A model generated the notes under the pieces. The model was not told the DNA's origin. It ran no database searches and saw only the letters and a list, made by a program, of their open reading frames with translations. Source: Candidatus Poribacteria bacterium (GTDB taxonomy: Bacteria; Poribacteria; WGA-4E; WGA-3G). Taken from it: DNA of 64,000 nt. The translations under genes were made by a program, and so were the position numbers. Shown here in pieces: positions 47,540 through 56,501 of this stretch. The stretch covers positions 22,632 through 86,631 of the forward strand of contig JAGWBV010000001.1 in assembly GCA_021295715.1 (NCBI GenBank), given 5' to 3'. Each line of letters begins with the position of its first letter. Positions within the stretch are counted from its first letter, which is position 1.

Positions 47540-48259
47540 TTATTCTACATCTAATAAATCTGCTAACGCATTAAAATCATTGGCGACGAGGTCCGACGGA
47601 TGGGCATTTACGCCTTGAACGCTGCCAGGTCCATACTCCAGAGGGCGTGGCACCAATGCTGTTTGAAAACCAACGGCTTGCGATGCACGGAGGTCGCCAG
47701 GATGTGCGGCGACCATCATAACTTCGTTCGGAGACAAACCGAGCAGCGCGGCAGCAGTTTGGTAGACTTCGGGGTCAGGCTTGTAATGCCCCGTTAACTC
47801 AGCAGACAGGATGCAATCCCACGGTAGACCCCCAAATTTTGCCATATTGGTTAGCAAGGCAACGTTGCCGTTAGAGAGGGTCGCAACAATATATCGCTTA
47901 CGGAGTCGTGTCAACCCGCTGACTGCATCGGGCCACGGTTTCAGTCGATGCCAAACCCGATTCAGGTGGTCTTTATCGGCTTCGCTTAAACCTACAATGT
48001 TAAATTCCTCAAGGAGGCTATCCAAAATGAGTCGATGCAGTGCATCAATGTTCCGCCACGGCAATTCGCCTCGCCGAACTCTGTTCATCGCGGGACCGTA
48101 ACCGGCGCGCCATTTCAAGGCGAATTGCGACCAATCAATGTCAATACCATGGGTGTCCCCGAATTCTTCGCCTTCGGCAACAATTGAGCTATACCAATCT
48201 ACGACCGTGCCGAAGACATCAAAGGTGAGTGCTTTGACTTGAGTATGTGCGTTTTGCAT
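47540..48259 (-). CDS. Haloacid dehalogenase type II (HAD superfamily)
   Basis: Motif I LTFDVFGTVVDW, TLSNGN, AAHPGDL. Confidence 0.8.
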   Translation of the reverse strand: MQNAHTQVKALTFDVFGTVVDWYSSIVAEGEEFGDTHGIDIDWSQFALKWRAGYGPAMNRVRRGELPWRNIDALHRLILDSLLEEFNIVGLSEADKDHLNRVWHRLKPWPDAVSGLTRLRKRYIVATLSNGNVALLTNMAKFGGLPWDCILSAELTGHYKPDPEVYQTAAALLGLSPNEVMMVAAHPGDLRASQAVGFQTALVPRPLEYGPGSVQGVNAHPSDLVANDFNALADLLDVE

Positions 48260-48371
48260 GGTGTTACGTCCCTTTCTGTTGTCTGAGGTTTGCCAAGAAG
48301 GGAGGGGCTATTTCTTTTCAGTCTAAAATCACATCATATATCAATTCATCGCAATTGTCCATTAAATTGTT

Positions 48372-48761
48372 TTACATAAACGGGTTGTGTGCGACCTCCC
48401 AATAGAAACCGTCAGGGTCCTTGAAATAACCTGAATAGCCACCCCAAAACGCCGCCTGTCCGGGCTTAACAAGCTCAGCACCAGCAGCGACCGCCTCTGC
48501 TAAAGTCATATCTACCGCTTCTGGAGAGGCGACGTTATGTGCGAGTGTAAATCCTTGAAAGCCTGTGCCTTCAGGTGAGATTGTGATGTCTTCAGCGAGT
48601 GCGTCTCTCGGATAGAGCGCAAGCATCGTTCCACCCATTTCAAAAAATGCAATGCTCTCCGATTCGTCTTTTCGAGGGAGTCCTAACCCATTCTGGTAAA
48701 AATCAATGGAGCGTTGTAGGTCTTCGACCCCAAGCGTGATAATAGTAATATGTGGTTTCAT
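48372..48761 (-). CDS. VOC/glyoxalase family protein
   Basis: 129 aa; ITLGVEDLQRSIDFY ... FKDPDGFYWEV pattern. Confidence 0.8.
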   Translation of the reverse strand: MKPHITIITLGVEDLQRSIDFYQNGLGLPRKDESESIAFFEMGGTMLALYPRDALAEDITISPEGTGFQGFTLAHNVASPEAVDMTLAEAVAAGAELVKPGQAAFWGGYSGYFKDPDGFYWEVAHNPFM

Positions 48762-48832
48762 TCAGATTTCCTTTGGGATTTCCTAATGTGCAGTAGGAGC
48801 ATTTATAACGCCAGTTTGAAAATAAATCTGTA

Positions 48833-48858
48833 GGTGTTTTTGCTTGGGTGTTTCGCCC
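48833..48858 (+). repeat. A-box dispersed repeat
   Basis: ggtgtttttgcttgggtgtttcgccc. Confidence 0.75.
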
Positions 48859-49013
48859 AGGTAGAGCGGTAAATACGCCGAAAAAATCGCAGAATATGGA
48901 GAGACGTAGTTGTTGACACTTCCGTGAGTGTTCCTCGAAAAAAAGCACTCTGACGTGAAGTCCGACGCCAGAGTGCCAAGGAGGTTATATATTTAATCCT
49001 AAGAACCTGTATA

Positions 49014-49604
49014 TCATAAGCTGGTCCTGTAGGGTGCCAAAAATTTCCGGAGTTGTCGAATCGCAGCGTTTTTGCGTGACGCAACAGTGCCAATCGGACA
49101 TTGAACGATCTCGGCAACTTCTTGGTAAGACAATCCTTGAACTTCTGTCAGCCGAAACACTAATTGATGTTCTTGCGACAGTTTGTTGATTGCCGCCTGA
49201 ATTGCCTCGTAAGTCTCCTTAGCGATAAGCAACGCCTCTGGAGAGTAGTCGGTGTCTGCGATAGCAACCGCAATGGGGTGAGAGTTTTCATCTTCATCGC
49301 TATAGGGGGCATCTAAAGATTCGATCTGCGGTGTTCTCTGGTCCTTCGCTAACTGTTTTAAACATACGTTCTTAGCGATGTGATAAAGGAACGTTCTAAA
49401 TTTCGCAATTGGGCGATACGTTGGCACACAACGCCACACCCGTAGGAACGTTTCTTGACAGAGGTCTTCCGCGAGCGTCCGGTTTTTGACAAATCGATAG
49501 ATAAAATTTAAAGTGTTTGTATAGTGTCGATCGGTTAAAATTCGGAATGCGTCTCTGTTTCCGTCCTGCACAGAGAGCATCAACTGTTCGTCAGTGTGTA
49601 ACAT
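49014..49604 (-). CDS. ECF-type RNA polymerase sigma-70 factor
   Basis: Region 2 DLCQETFLRVWR, region 4 HTH LSYQEVAEIVQCPIGTVASR; start moved to ATG 49604 (gaggag SD). Confidence 0.85.
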   Translation of the reverse strand: MLHTDEQLMLSVQDGNRDAFRILTDRHYTNTLNFIYRFVKNRTLAEDLCQETFLRVWRCVPTYRPIAKFRTFLYHIAKNVCLKQLAKDQRTPQIESLDAPYSDEDENSHPIAVAIADTDYSPEALLIAKETYEAIQAAINKLSQEHQLVFRLTEVQGLSYQEVAEIVQCPIGTVASRKNAAIRQLRKFLAPYRTSL

Positions 49605-50037
49605 GCTTGTCTCCTCAAAAGAGGAGTTTCTCAAGCGAAGGCGTGCAACCCTCCTTCCGTTCCGCAACGGAGGATGCCTGCTTGTTCACTCCTCGGTCTA
49701 TGCCTTCTCCATAATCGAGTCCTATTCCAATAACGGCACGCATTGGCATTGGCAATTTTAAATGCCCGTGTCTTCAGGGAGATCCAATCTCCCAAAGAAT
49801 TGTCACGTTCATCTCCAGCGTGAGGCGTTGCCTCCGTTAAACGCAAAACGTACTGACGCATTTTGAAAACTCCTTTCTAAGTTTGTCCGTCAGAGAGAGG
49901 TAGTGTTTTATACCCCTTTTTCGGTGATTAAAAAGATTCATTTAAAGTTTAACCCCTATATTTTGAAACAATTCATTTAAAATTAAAAAAATATTTGTGC
50001 CTCTTGATTTAATCCCTAAAACCTGCCAGGATACCCC

Positions 50038-51168
50038 TCATACCCTCGTCGGCTGAAAGGGTTCCAAAGACAGCGAGGACTGTCCTGTGGTGATAAGTTC
50101 AGCGATGAGTTGTCCTGTAATCGGCGCGAGAAGAATACCATTTTTGAAATGTCCCGATGCTAAAACGACGTTGTCATACCCGGGCAGGTAACCGAGAAGC
50201 GGTCCCTTTTTAGCGTAAGGACGTAGACCGACCCACGTTTGCACGAAAGTGCTATCGGCAAGTTGGGGCGCGATGGCAATTCCTGCGTCAATCAGCTGCT
50301 TGGCACCGTCCACGGTTGCGGTCTTGTCATAGCCGACAAATTCGACCGTCGCTCCGAGTAGGATTTTGCCGTCGGCTCTCGGTACAATGTAGATACCAAG
50401 CCCATCGATGGTTCGCTCGAAAGGCGGTGGCATCGCTTCAACAAGGACGATCTGCCCTTTCGCAGGTTCAACGTGAATCGGAACGTCAAGTTGAGCCGTA
50501 AGCACCCCTGTCCAGCAGCCTGCGGCGATTACGAACGTGTCGGCGTAATAGGTCTCACCGTTCACGACGACACCAACGACGTGTTCCTCGCCGTCCTCCC
50601 TCACTCGAATAAAATCACTGACAGGATTACCGACTTGGAATTGCGCACCGAGTTTTGATGCACCCTTAGCAAGTGCAGCCACCATCTTTGGGTTACGGAC
50701 TTGCGCGTCTTCCGGAAACAGAACGCCACCCGCGATAGATTTTGAGAGGGCAGGTTCCAATTCCCATGCTTGTTCTGCCGTTAGAACTTCCGCTGAAAAG
50801 CCGCGTTTCGCGCGCCGGTCTGCGAGACCGATTAATCCTGCCGCTTCAGCAGAATCGAAGAATACCGACAGTGTCCCGGATTCGATCAACTCAATATCTA
50901 TCTGGGTCTCTGCTCGGAGTTCTTCCGCTAACGCCGGATAGAGTGCAAGGCTCGCTCGGCATAGAGTTGGATACGGCTCATGTGTTGAGGCATGTGAAGT
51001 CAAAATGCCTGCACCTGCCCATGAGGCTTCTGTCCCAACAGCGGATGCTTTGTCGATCACTAACGATTTCACATTTCGTTTAGCGAGATCGTAAGCGATG
51101 TTACATCCGATAATGCCCGCACCGATAATGATGACATCGGCATGATTTTGGCTCAAGGTATCCTCCAT
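50038..51168 (-). CDS. FAD-dependent glycine/D-amino-acid oxidase (ThiO-like)
   Basis: Dinucleotide fold DVIIIGAGIIGC; DAO-family length and C-terminal GHFKNGILLAP. Confidence 0.75.
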   Translation of the reverse strand: MEDTLSQNHADVIIIGAGIIGCNIAYDLAKRNVKSLVIDKASAVGTEASWAGAGILTSHASTHEPYPTLCRASLALYPALAEELRAETQIDIELIESGTLSVFFDSAEAAGLIGLADRRAKRGFSAEVLTAEQAWELEPALSKSIAGGVLFPEDAQVRNPKMVAALAKGASKLGAQFQVGNPVSDFIRVREDGEEHVVGVVVNGETYYADTFVIAAGCWTGVLTAQLDVPIHVEPAKGQIVLVEAMPPPFERTIDGLGIYIVPRADGKILLGATVEFVGYDKTATVDGAKQLIDAGIAIAPQLADSTFVQTWVGLRPYAKKGPLLGYLPGYDNVVLASGHFKNGILLAPITGQLIAELITTGQSSLSLEPFQPTRV

Positions 51169-51252
51169 TTTACCAGAGAATCAAACAACAACTTAAGAAT
51201 AGTTTAGCACATTATCGGTCTCTTGTCAATCTCACCTGCCGAGGTCTTAGGG

Positions 51253-51396
51253 CTATTCAGTTTTCCATTCTTCGGTCTCGTTTTTGCCCCAGGCCCGGTA
51301 GGTGCGGTTTCCTAACCAGGGTTCCCACCCGTTACTGGAAGGGACACCGGATCGCAAAAAAAGGCATAAAATCCCATAATTTCTTAAAACTGAATG
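51253..51396. mobile_element. MITE-like insertion flanked by a 13-bp perfect direct repeat
   Basis: TIRs ctATTCAGTTTT (51253-51264) and AAAACTGAATga (51385-51396); flanks cctgccgaggtct at 51235 and 51398; the interior carries half of a TTCCTA-loop hairpin (51301-51317). Confidence 0.7.
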
Positions 51397-51479
51397 ACCC
51401 TGCCGAGGTCTATGGACATTCCAGTTCTACCATCCATACACATTTTCGGATGCACTTTTGGGGTAATGTAGATTGAGGC

Positions 51480-51508
51480 TTGAAATTTCAACGGATTCCG
51501 TGTATAAT
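51480..51508 (+). promoter_or_regulatory. Consensus-like sigma-70 promoter for eutN and the 5-FCL gene
   Basis: TTGAAA - 17 nt - TATAAT; about 115 nt upstream of the eutN ATG. Confidence 0.65.
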
Positions 51509-51569
51509 TACTATGATTCTCGTAAAGTAGACGCTCTCAAATCCGATGATGCTGAAATAAATTCTTCCT

Positions 51570-51601
51570 GTAGGAGCGAGTTTTACTCGCGATTCTCCTA
51601 C
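51570..51601 (+). repeat. GTAGGAGCGAG...CTCCTAC hairpin (A-box-less version) in the eutN leader
   Basis: gtaggagcgagttttactcgcgattctcctac; arms gtaggag/ctcctac and cgag/ctcg. Confidence 0.6.
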
Positions 51602-51624
51602 GGATACGAAAGGTTTTGTATTAA

Positions 51625-51912
51625 ATGACCCTTGGAAAAGTTACCGGGACAATCGTCGCGACGCAGAAAGATGAGAAATTAATCGGCAGCAAACTGATGG
51701 TTGTCCAAAATGTGGATCTCAACGGAGAAGTTGATCGGATATATACTGTCGCTGTAGATGCTGTGGGTGCGGGTATCGGCGAGATTGTCCTCGTCGCCAC
51801 CGGCAGTTCCGCGCGTCAGACCGCAGTGACAGGCAACAAACCGGTCGATGCCGTAATCATGGCGATTGTTGATACCGTAGAAGTCGCTGGAAAAGTCCGG
51901 TTTCAGAAGTGA
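51625..51912 (+). CDS. eutN: EutN/CcmL family bacterial microcompartment vertex (BMC-P) protein
   Basis: Aligns end to end with EutN as I remember it: KVTGTIVATQKD ... VDAVGAGIGEIVLVATGSSARQ ... PVDAVIMAIVD. Confidence 0.9.
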   Translation: MTLGKVTGTIVATQKDEKLIGSKLMVVQNVDLNGEVDRIYTVAVDAVGAGIGEIVLVATGSSARQTAVTGNKPVDAVIMAIVDTVEVAGKVRFQK

Positions 51913-51918
51913 AGAACG

Positions 51919-52494
51919 ATGAAGACCGCAACCGAAAGGGAACGCGTCCGTGCTGAAACACTCCACCGACGCGAGACACTCTCCTCAGAAGAGCGGAGGC
52001 GGCTCAGCCAGCGTATCGTTGATTCCACTGCACACTGGATACAGCGTCAGGGTTTCGACGCTGTGATGCTCTATCTGAATATGAGAAGTGAAGTTGAAAC
52101 CACTGGTTTGTTTGAAGGGTTACTTAATTCAGGCAAGCAGGTGTGCGCGCCTGTTGTAGATACACAGCAGTTGGAACTCATACCAAGACGGATTCTGAAT
52201 CCGAGAACGGAGTTAGTGCGCCATTCCTACGGCATGTTGGAACCGAGCACGGCATGCCCAATCTTTCCCACCGAACACCTTCACCTCATCGTGGTTCCCG
52301 GTATCGCTTTCGATTGTAATGGGTATCGTCTCGGATACGGCAAAGGGTTCTACGACCGATTTCTTGCGAAGTATCCACACGCCGTTGCGATTGGGTTGGC
52401 GTATGGGGTCCAACTCGTAGAAAATACGTTCCCACAGGCGTGGGATGTGCCCGTCCAGCACATTTTCACAGAGACCGGTAGGATAGGAATATAA
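51919..52494 (+). CDS. 5-formyltetrahydrofolate cyclo-ligase
   Basis: LIVVPGIAFDCNGYRLGYGKGFYDRFL family motif; 6-nt gap after eutN. Confidence 0.85.
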   Translation: MKTATERERVRAETLHRRETLSSEERRRLSQRIVDSTAHWIQRQGFDAVMLYLNMRSEVETTGLFEGLLNSGKQVCAPVVDTQQLELIPRRILNPRTELVRHSYGMLEPSTACPIFPTEHLHLIVVPGIAFDCNGYRLGYGKGFYDRFLAKYPHAVAIGLAYGVQLVENTFPQAWDVPVQHIFTETGRIGI

Positions 52495-52938
52495 TTACTT
52501 CGCGTCAATAAAGGGTCTCAACTTCTCCAGCGTCTTTTCCCCAATACCTTTGACATTCTGGAGAGCATCCACACTGGCAAACGGGCCGTGTTGCGTCCGA
52601 TAGTCAACAATCCTTTGTGCCATCCGCGTACCGATGTTCGGGAGGGCTTGGAGTTCTTCCGCAGAGGCGGTGTTGATATTGAGAAGTTCGGGGGTGCTGG
52701 GTACCAACGTCTCTGTGGTTTGTTGGTTTTGTGGACGTTCCTCGTTCGGGACGGCGATTAAATCCGGTTTTCCAAGGAACACAGCAGGGGCAAACCGCCG
52801 CACCCCCCAAAATCCGCTACCAGCTAATATCAGTATCATGAGAAAAGTAACCGCTTTCCAATAATGGCGTTCAACGGCATCCGGTACGTTATTCATCCCT
52901 GTTTTCCTCAAGAGATAGCACCTGATTTGCTTGGACAC
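52495..52938 (-). CDS. comEA: ComEA family helix-hairpin-helix DNA-binding protein
   Basis: TM anchor plus LNINTASAEELQALPNIGTRMAQRIVDYR ... VKGIGEKTLEKL; an alternative start at 52896 is possible. Confidence 0.85.
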   Translation of the reverse strand: MSKQIRCYLLRKTGMNNVPDAVERHYWKAVTFLMILILAGSGFWGVRRFAPAVFLGKPDLIAVPNEERPQNQQTTETLVPSTPELLNINTASAEELQALPNIGTRMAQRIVDYRTQHGPFASVDALQNVKGIGEKTLEKLRPFIDAK

Positions 52939-54571
52939 TTCTGATTAACTGCTTTTTTCCACTTTGCCACTGCACTTCAATACTATCCACCTGTTCGTAA
53001 TCCCCGATTCCGAAATGGAGTGTAAGATCTTGCTGTGAAAGGTAGCCGTCTCCGCTCCGTACCTCACGTATCTGTGTGAGTTTTTCCGTCGTGATCTTGA
53101 CCCGCGTGCCGATCGCATCCGTGGAACCGTTTGTTGCAGTCAATCGGATCTGTAGCCAGTTTTTTCGGTTGCCGCCATCGTTGCGTAAAAGACGTGGTGC
53201 CGTATTGGAATTGGTCACCACGATGTCGATGTCACCATCTAAATCGTAGTCCGCGAAAGTAGCACCCCGACTTACGTCCGCCAACTTCATACCCGGACCG
53301 AGAGTTTCAGAGACTTCGGTAAAAGTGTTGTCATAGTTATTTCGGAAGAGTAGATTGCGTTGCCCGTAGGTGCCTTCCAATTCAATCGCGGCGAGATTCT
53401 CGTGTAGATGCCCGTTGGCAACAAAGATATCTTGGTATCCATCGTTGTCGTAATCAATAAAAGCGGTTGCCCAACCGAGATAGGGATAGGTGAGTTGCGC
53501 CGTTTTTGTCATGGCTGTTGCGTCTGTAAAGAAGCCATCAGCGTCGTTATGGTAGAGCGTGTTCGTCTGTAGGGCGTAGTTGGTGACGGTGAGGTCGAGC
53601 CAACCGTCGTTATTCCAATCCCCAAAGGCAGTGCCCATTCCATTTTCAGCGGCACCGTCTTCGCTGAGTGCTACGCCAACCATGAAACCGACCTCCTCAA
53701 AAGTGCCGTCACCGTTGTTCTGATAAAAGAGGTTTTCTGTAGAATCGTTAGCAACATAGATGTCGAGTGCACCGTCGTTATTATAGTCTCCCCAGACAAC
53801 GCCTAAGCCTTTGCCGGTCGTGTTGTAAATACCCGCTGTTTTTGTAACGTCGGTGAACGTGCCGTCACCGTTGTTGCGATAAAGCGTATCGGATTGGGCG
53901 ATGAAGTTATCGGGTTCGCAATAGGCACGAATTCCCTTCTCCTTGAGTCCGCACCACGGATTTTCATCGATGTCATAAACGATGTAGTTAACGACGTAGA
54001 GGTCGAGATTGCCATCTCGGTCATAATCAGCGAAGGCGCAGCTCGTGCTCCAACGTGGCTCCGTCACACCCGCAGATTCCGCGACCTCCGTAAACGTCCC
54101 ATCGCCGTTGTTGCGATAGAGCCGGTTAGTCCCATAGTTTGTAACGTAAAGATCCAGTTTGCCATCGTTATTGTAGTCGCCTACGGCGCATCCATGTCCG
54201 TAGCCAGTATCCCCGACACCTGCTTTTTCGGTTACATCCGTGAATGTGCCATCGCCGTTATTTTCGTAGAGGCAGTTGGTTGGAACCTCTCGCGAGACAT
54301 AACCCGGGAGTGGCGCACTGTTAACAAAGTATAAATCCGGGTCGCTGTCCCCGTCGAAGTCAAAAAAGGCGGCACCGGAACCCAGCGTTTCCATAAAATA
54401 CTTCTGTCCACTCCGTCCATCAACGTGTTTCCAATGAATCCCAGCTTCCTGCGTTACATCGACGAATTGAATCCCAGTATCCGCACTCACAGTCCGAATA
54501 GGAATACCTTGTGCGACAGTTGCGATTAGAATCAGAATTAAGATGCTTGTTATGCTATTTGGTCTTTTCAT
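52889..54571 (-). CDS. CRTAC1 family protein (FG-GAP/VCBS repeats + ASPIC/UnbV domain)
   Basis: Signal peptide; repeated NNGDGTFT.VT and DYDNDG units; C-terminal SGDGYLSQ. Confidence 0.85.
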   Translation of the reverse strand: MKRPNSITSILILILIATVAQGIPIRTVSADTGIQFVDVTQEAGIHWKHVDGRSGQKYFMETLGSGAAFFDFDGDSDPDLYFVNSAPLPGYVSREVPTNCLYENNGDGTFTDVTEKAGVGDTGYGHGCAVGDYNNDGKLDLYVTNYGTNRLYRNNGDGTFTEVAESAGVTEPRWSTSCAFADYDRDGNLDLYVVNYIVYDIDENPWCGLKEKGIRAYCEPDNFIAQSDTLYRNNGDGTFTDVTKTAGIYNTTGKGLGVVWGDYNNDGALDIYVANDSTENLFYQNNGDGTFEEVGFMVGVALSEDGAAENGMGTAFGDWNNDGWLDLTVTNYALQTNTLYHNDADGFFTDATAMTKTAQLTYPYLGWATAFIDYDNDGYQDIFVANGHLHENLAAIELEGTYGQRNLLFRNNYDNTFTEVSETLGPGMKLADVSRGATFADYDLDGDIDIVVTNSNTAPRLLRNDGGNRKNWLQIRLTATNGSTDAIGTRVKITTEKLTQIREVRSGDGYLSQQDLTLHFGIGDYEQVDSIEVQWQSGKKQLIRSVQANQVLSLEENRDE

Positions 54572-56210
54572 TTACCTGTTTTATTTTTACGAGTGTCTGT
54601 CGAAAGGCATCATTTCCGGGGTCCATTTCGATGGCGCTCCGAATCGCTTTCAACGCTTTTTGATGCGCGCCTGCCTGAAAGTAGGCTAAAGCGAGGGTAT
54701 GTAGGTATTTCGGGACAGGAGCCAAGCGGACAGCCTTTTCAGCTAAGGCGATGGTTTCTTGGATGTGAGCCGCTTTTTTAACAGGCGATGCTAAAGCAGA
54801 AGCACCTTGACCCGTCTCCTCAAGATAGAGCGTTGCCAATCCGTTTAGGGCATAATGCGCCTCTGCGTCTAACTTTAAAGTTGCCTGATACGCGGTAATT
54901 GCTTTCTCAAATTCGCCGCGACGGTGGTGGATGGCCGCGATGCCGATCTGGGCATGAACTAATGAGGTATCATAGACGAGAGTGGTTTTGTATTCCGCAA
55001 GTGCTTCATCGAACCGGGCTTGCGAATAATAGACTGCCCCTAATCCTGCGTGCAGAGCGGCTTGCTCTGGCGCAATCGCAATCGCACTGCGATAGGCTTT
55101 TTCTGCTTCGTCAAACTTGTGCTCGCGAAAGTAGAGTCTGCCGAGTTTATAGTGTGCCGCGGCATATTCTGGTTGGAGCTTGACTGCTGCCTGATACGCC
55201 TCGAGTGCCTTACCGAATTTTCCATGCTTTTCGTAAGTGAGTCCGAGCTGATATTGTTTGCGAGGATTGCTCGGTTCGTTAAGAATCGCGCGCTCGCGGG
55301 TGTCGATCTCTTGGGCGATTGCGTTTAAACGACGGTAGGTTTCCATAGCGCGCTTGCCTTCTGCTACTTGCTTTAACCGGAACAGTGCCTGCGCGAGGTT
55401 ATAGTGTGCCCCGATATGGTTGGGTTGCTGCGCGATGACGCTGCGGTATAGCTCAACGGCGCGCTCGAATTCCCGTTGCTTTGAGGCAATTAAGCCCAGA
55501 CTGTAGGAAGCCGCCGTAAAATTACGGTCCAGCCGAATCGCCTTTTCTAACAGAGGGCGTGCTTTGTCGAGTTCTCCCTGTTTTTGGTAGATGGCACCTA
55601 AGTTCCCATTTGCCATAGAAAGTTCAGGATTCAAGGCTAACGCCGATTCATAATATTGGATTGCCTGCGCCTGCTGTTTGACGGCTTCATAGCAGGAGGC
55701 GAGATTCGTCATCGCTTCCGAGAGTTTCGGTGAAAGGTTAAGCGTCTGATGGTAGGCTTCTATGGCTTCCGCGAACCGAGAGGCTTTCTGATAAGCGGCT
55801 GCGAGTCCAACCTGTATTTGGACGGAGTCTGGATGGTTTTGGCTGAGTTTTCGATAGAGATCAATTGCTTCAGCATTACGCCCCGTTCGTGTATAGAGCA
55901 AGGCAAGATTTGCTTCAGCTTGTAACAGTCCCGGAGCGATATCCAGTGCCTGCTTGAGAGCAACTTCCGCTTCAGCAAATTTACCGATTTGGATGTAAAC
56001 GGTTCCGAGACCGGCGTAGGCTTTGGCAGATACGGGGTCGCTTTGAATGGCGTGCTGAAAATACTGAAGTGCCTGCGTGTAGTGTCCTTGCTGTGCCGCT
56101 TGCATACCGAGCGCGTGAAGATCTTCGGGTGTTTGTGCGGTAGTGTTCCACGCGACGCTGACGAAAACGATTAGGAGAAAGGCAAGAAACGGAACTCCCT
56201 TTTGCGACAT
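54555..56210 (-). CDS. Secreted tetratricopeptide-repeat protein
   Basis: Signal peptide FLAFLLIVFVSVAWNTTAQ; more than 10 TPR units; 17-nt overlap with the downstream CRTAC1 gene. Confidence 0.85.
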   Translation of the reverse strand: MSQKGVPFLAFLLIVFVSVAWNTTAQTPEDLHALGMQAAQQGHYTQALQYFQHAIQSDPVSAKAYAGLGTVYIQIGKFAEAEVALKQALDIAPGLLQAEANLALLYTRTGRNAEAIDLYRKLSQNHPDSVQIQVGLAAAYQKASRFAEAIEAYHQTLNLSPKLSEAMTNLASCYEAVKQQAQAIQYYESALALNPELSMANGNLGAIYQKQGELDKARPLLEKAIRLDRNFTAASYSLGLIASKQREFERAVELYRSVIAQQPNHIGAHYNLAQALFRLKQVAEGKRAMETYRRLNAIAQEIDTRERAILNEPSNPRKQYQLGLTYEKHGKFGKALEAYQAAVKLQPEYAAAHYKLGRLYFREHKFDEAEKAYRSAIAIAPEQAALHAGLGAVYYSQARFDEALAEYKTTLVYDTSLVHAQIGIAAIHHRRGEFEKAITAYQATLKLDAEAHYALNGLATLYLEETGQGASALASPVKKAAHIQETIALAEKAVRLAPVPKYLHTLALAYFQAGAHQKALKAIRSAIEMDPGNDAFRQTLVKIKQVNEKTK

Positions 56211-56360
56211 AACGGTTTATCCTCCACCGCCAATTGTAGCCTGAGATGGCATATCGCGTCAAGGGTTTGTTGTGTTCGGGTAGGTTTATTTTCGGTAAAA
56301 CCTAAAAATAGCTCTCACTGCGAAGCAGTCTCAATAGAAGCGAACACCTCTACCTCCGCT

Positions 56361-56381
56361 GGCGAGGTTTGTACCCTCGTC
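56361..56381 (+). repeat. Hairpin repeat, degenerate variant-1 copy
   Basis: ggcgaggtttgtaccctcgtc; its upstream flank caatagaagcgaac... matches the flank of the 36.3-kb copy. Confidence 0.55.
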
Positions 56382-56471
56382 TCTTTAGGAGGATTTTGAG
56401 GAACCAGGCCCGGTGGGTGTGGTTTCGTGAAGATTGTTTTTTTAATTCGGCAATATTTGTTTTTCCCAGGT

Positions 56472-56501
56472 CCGGTAGGTACGGTTTCCTAACCGCACCG
56501 G
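56472..56501 (+). repeat. TTCCTA-loop hairpin repeat (variant 2)
   Basis: ccggtaggtacggtttcctaaccgcaccgg. Confidence 0.7.

Noticed and set aside
51169-51400. TPP riboswitch upstream of the ThiO-like gene
   Set aside because: I could not find the conserved CUGAGA / ACCUGAUCUGGAUAAUGCCAGCG elements on the relevant strand. The region is instead occupied by a MITE-like insertion.
51625-52494. A complete bacterial microcompartment locus
   Set aside because: Only the pentamer gene is present. No hexameric or tandem shell genes or signature enzymes occur within the window.
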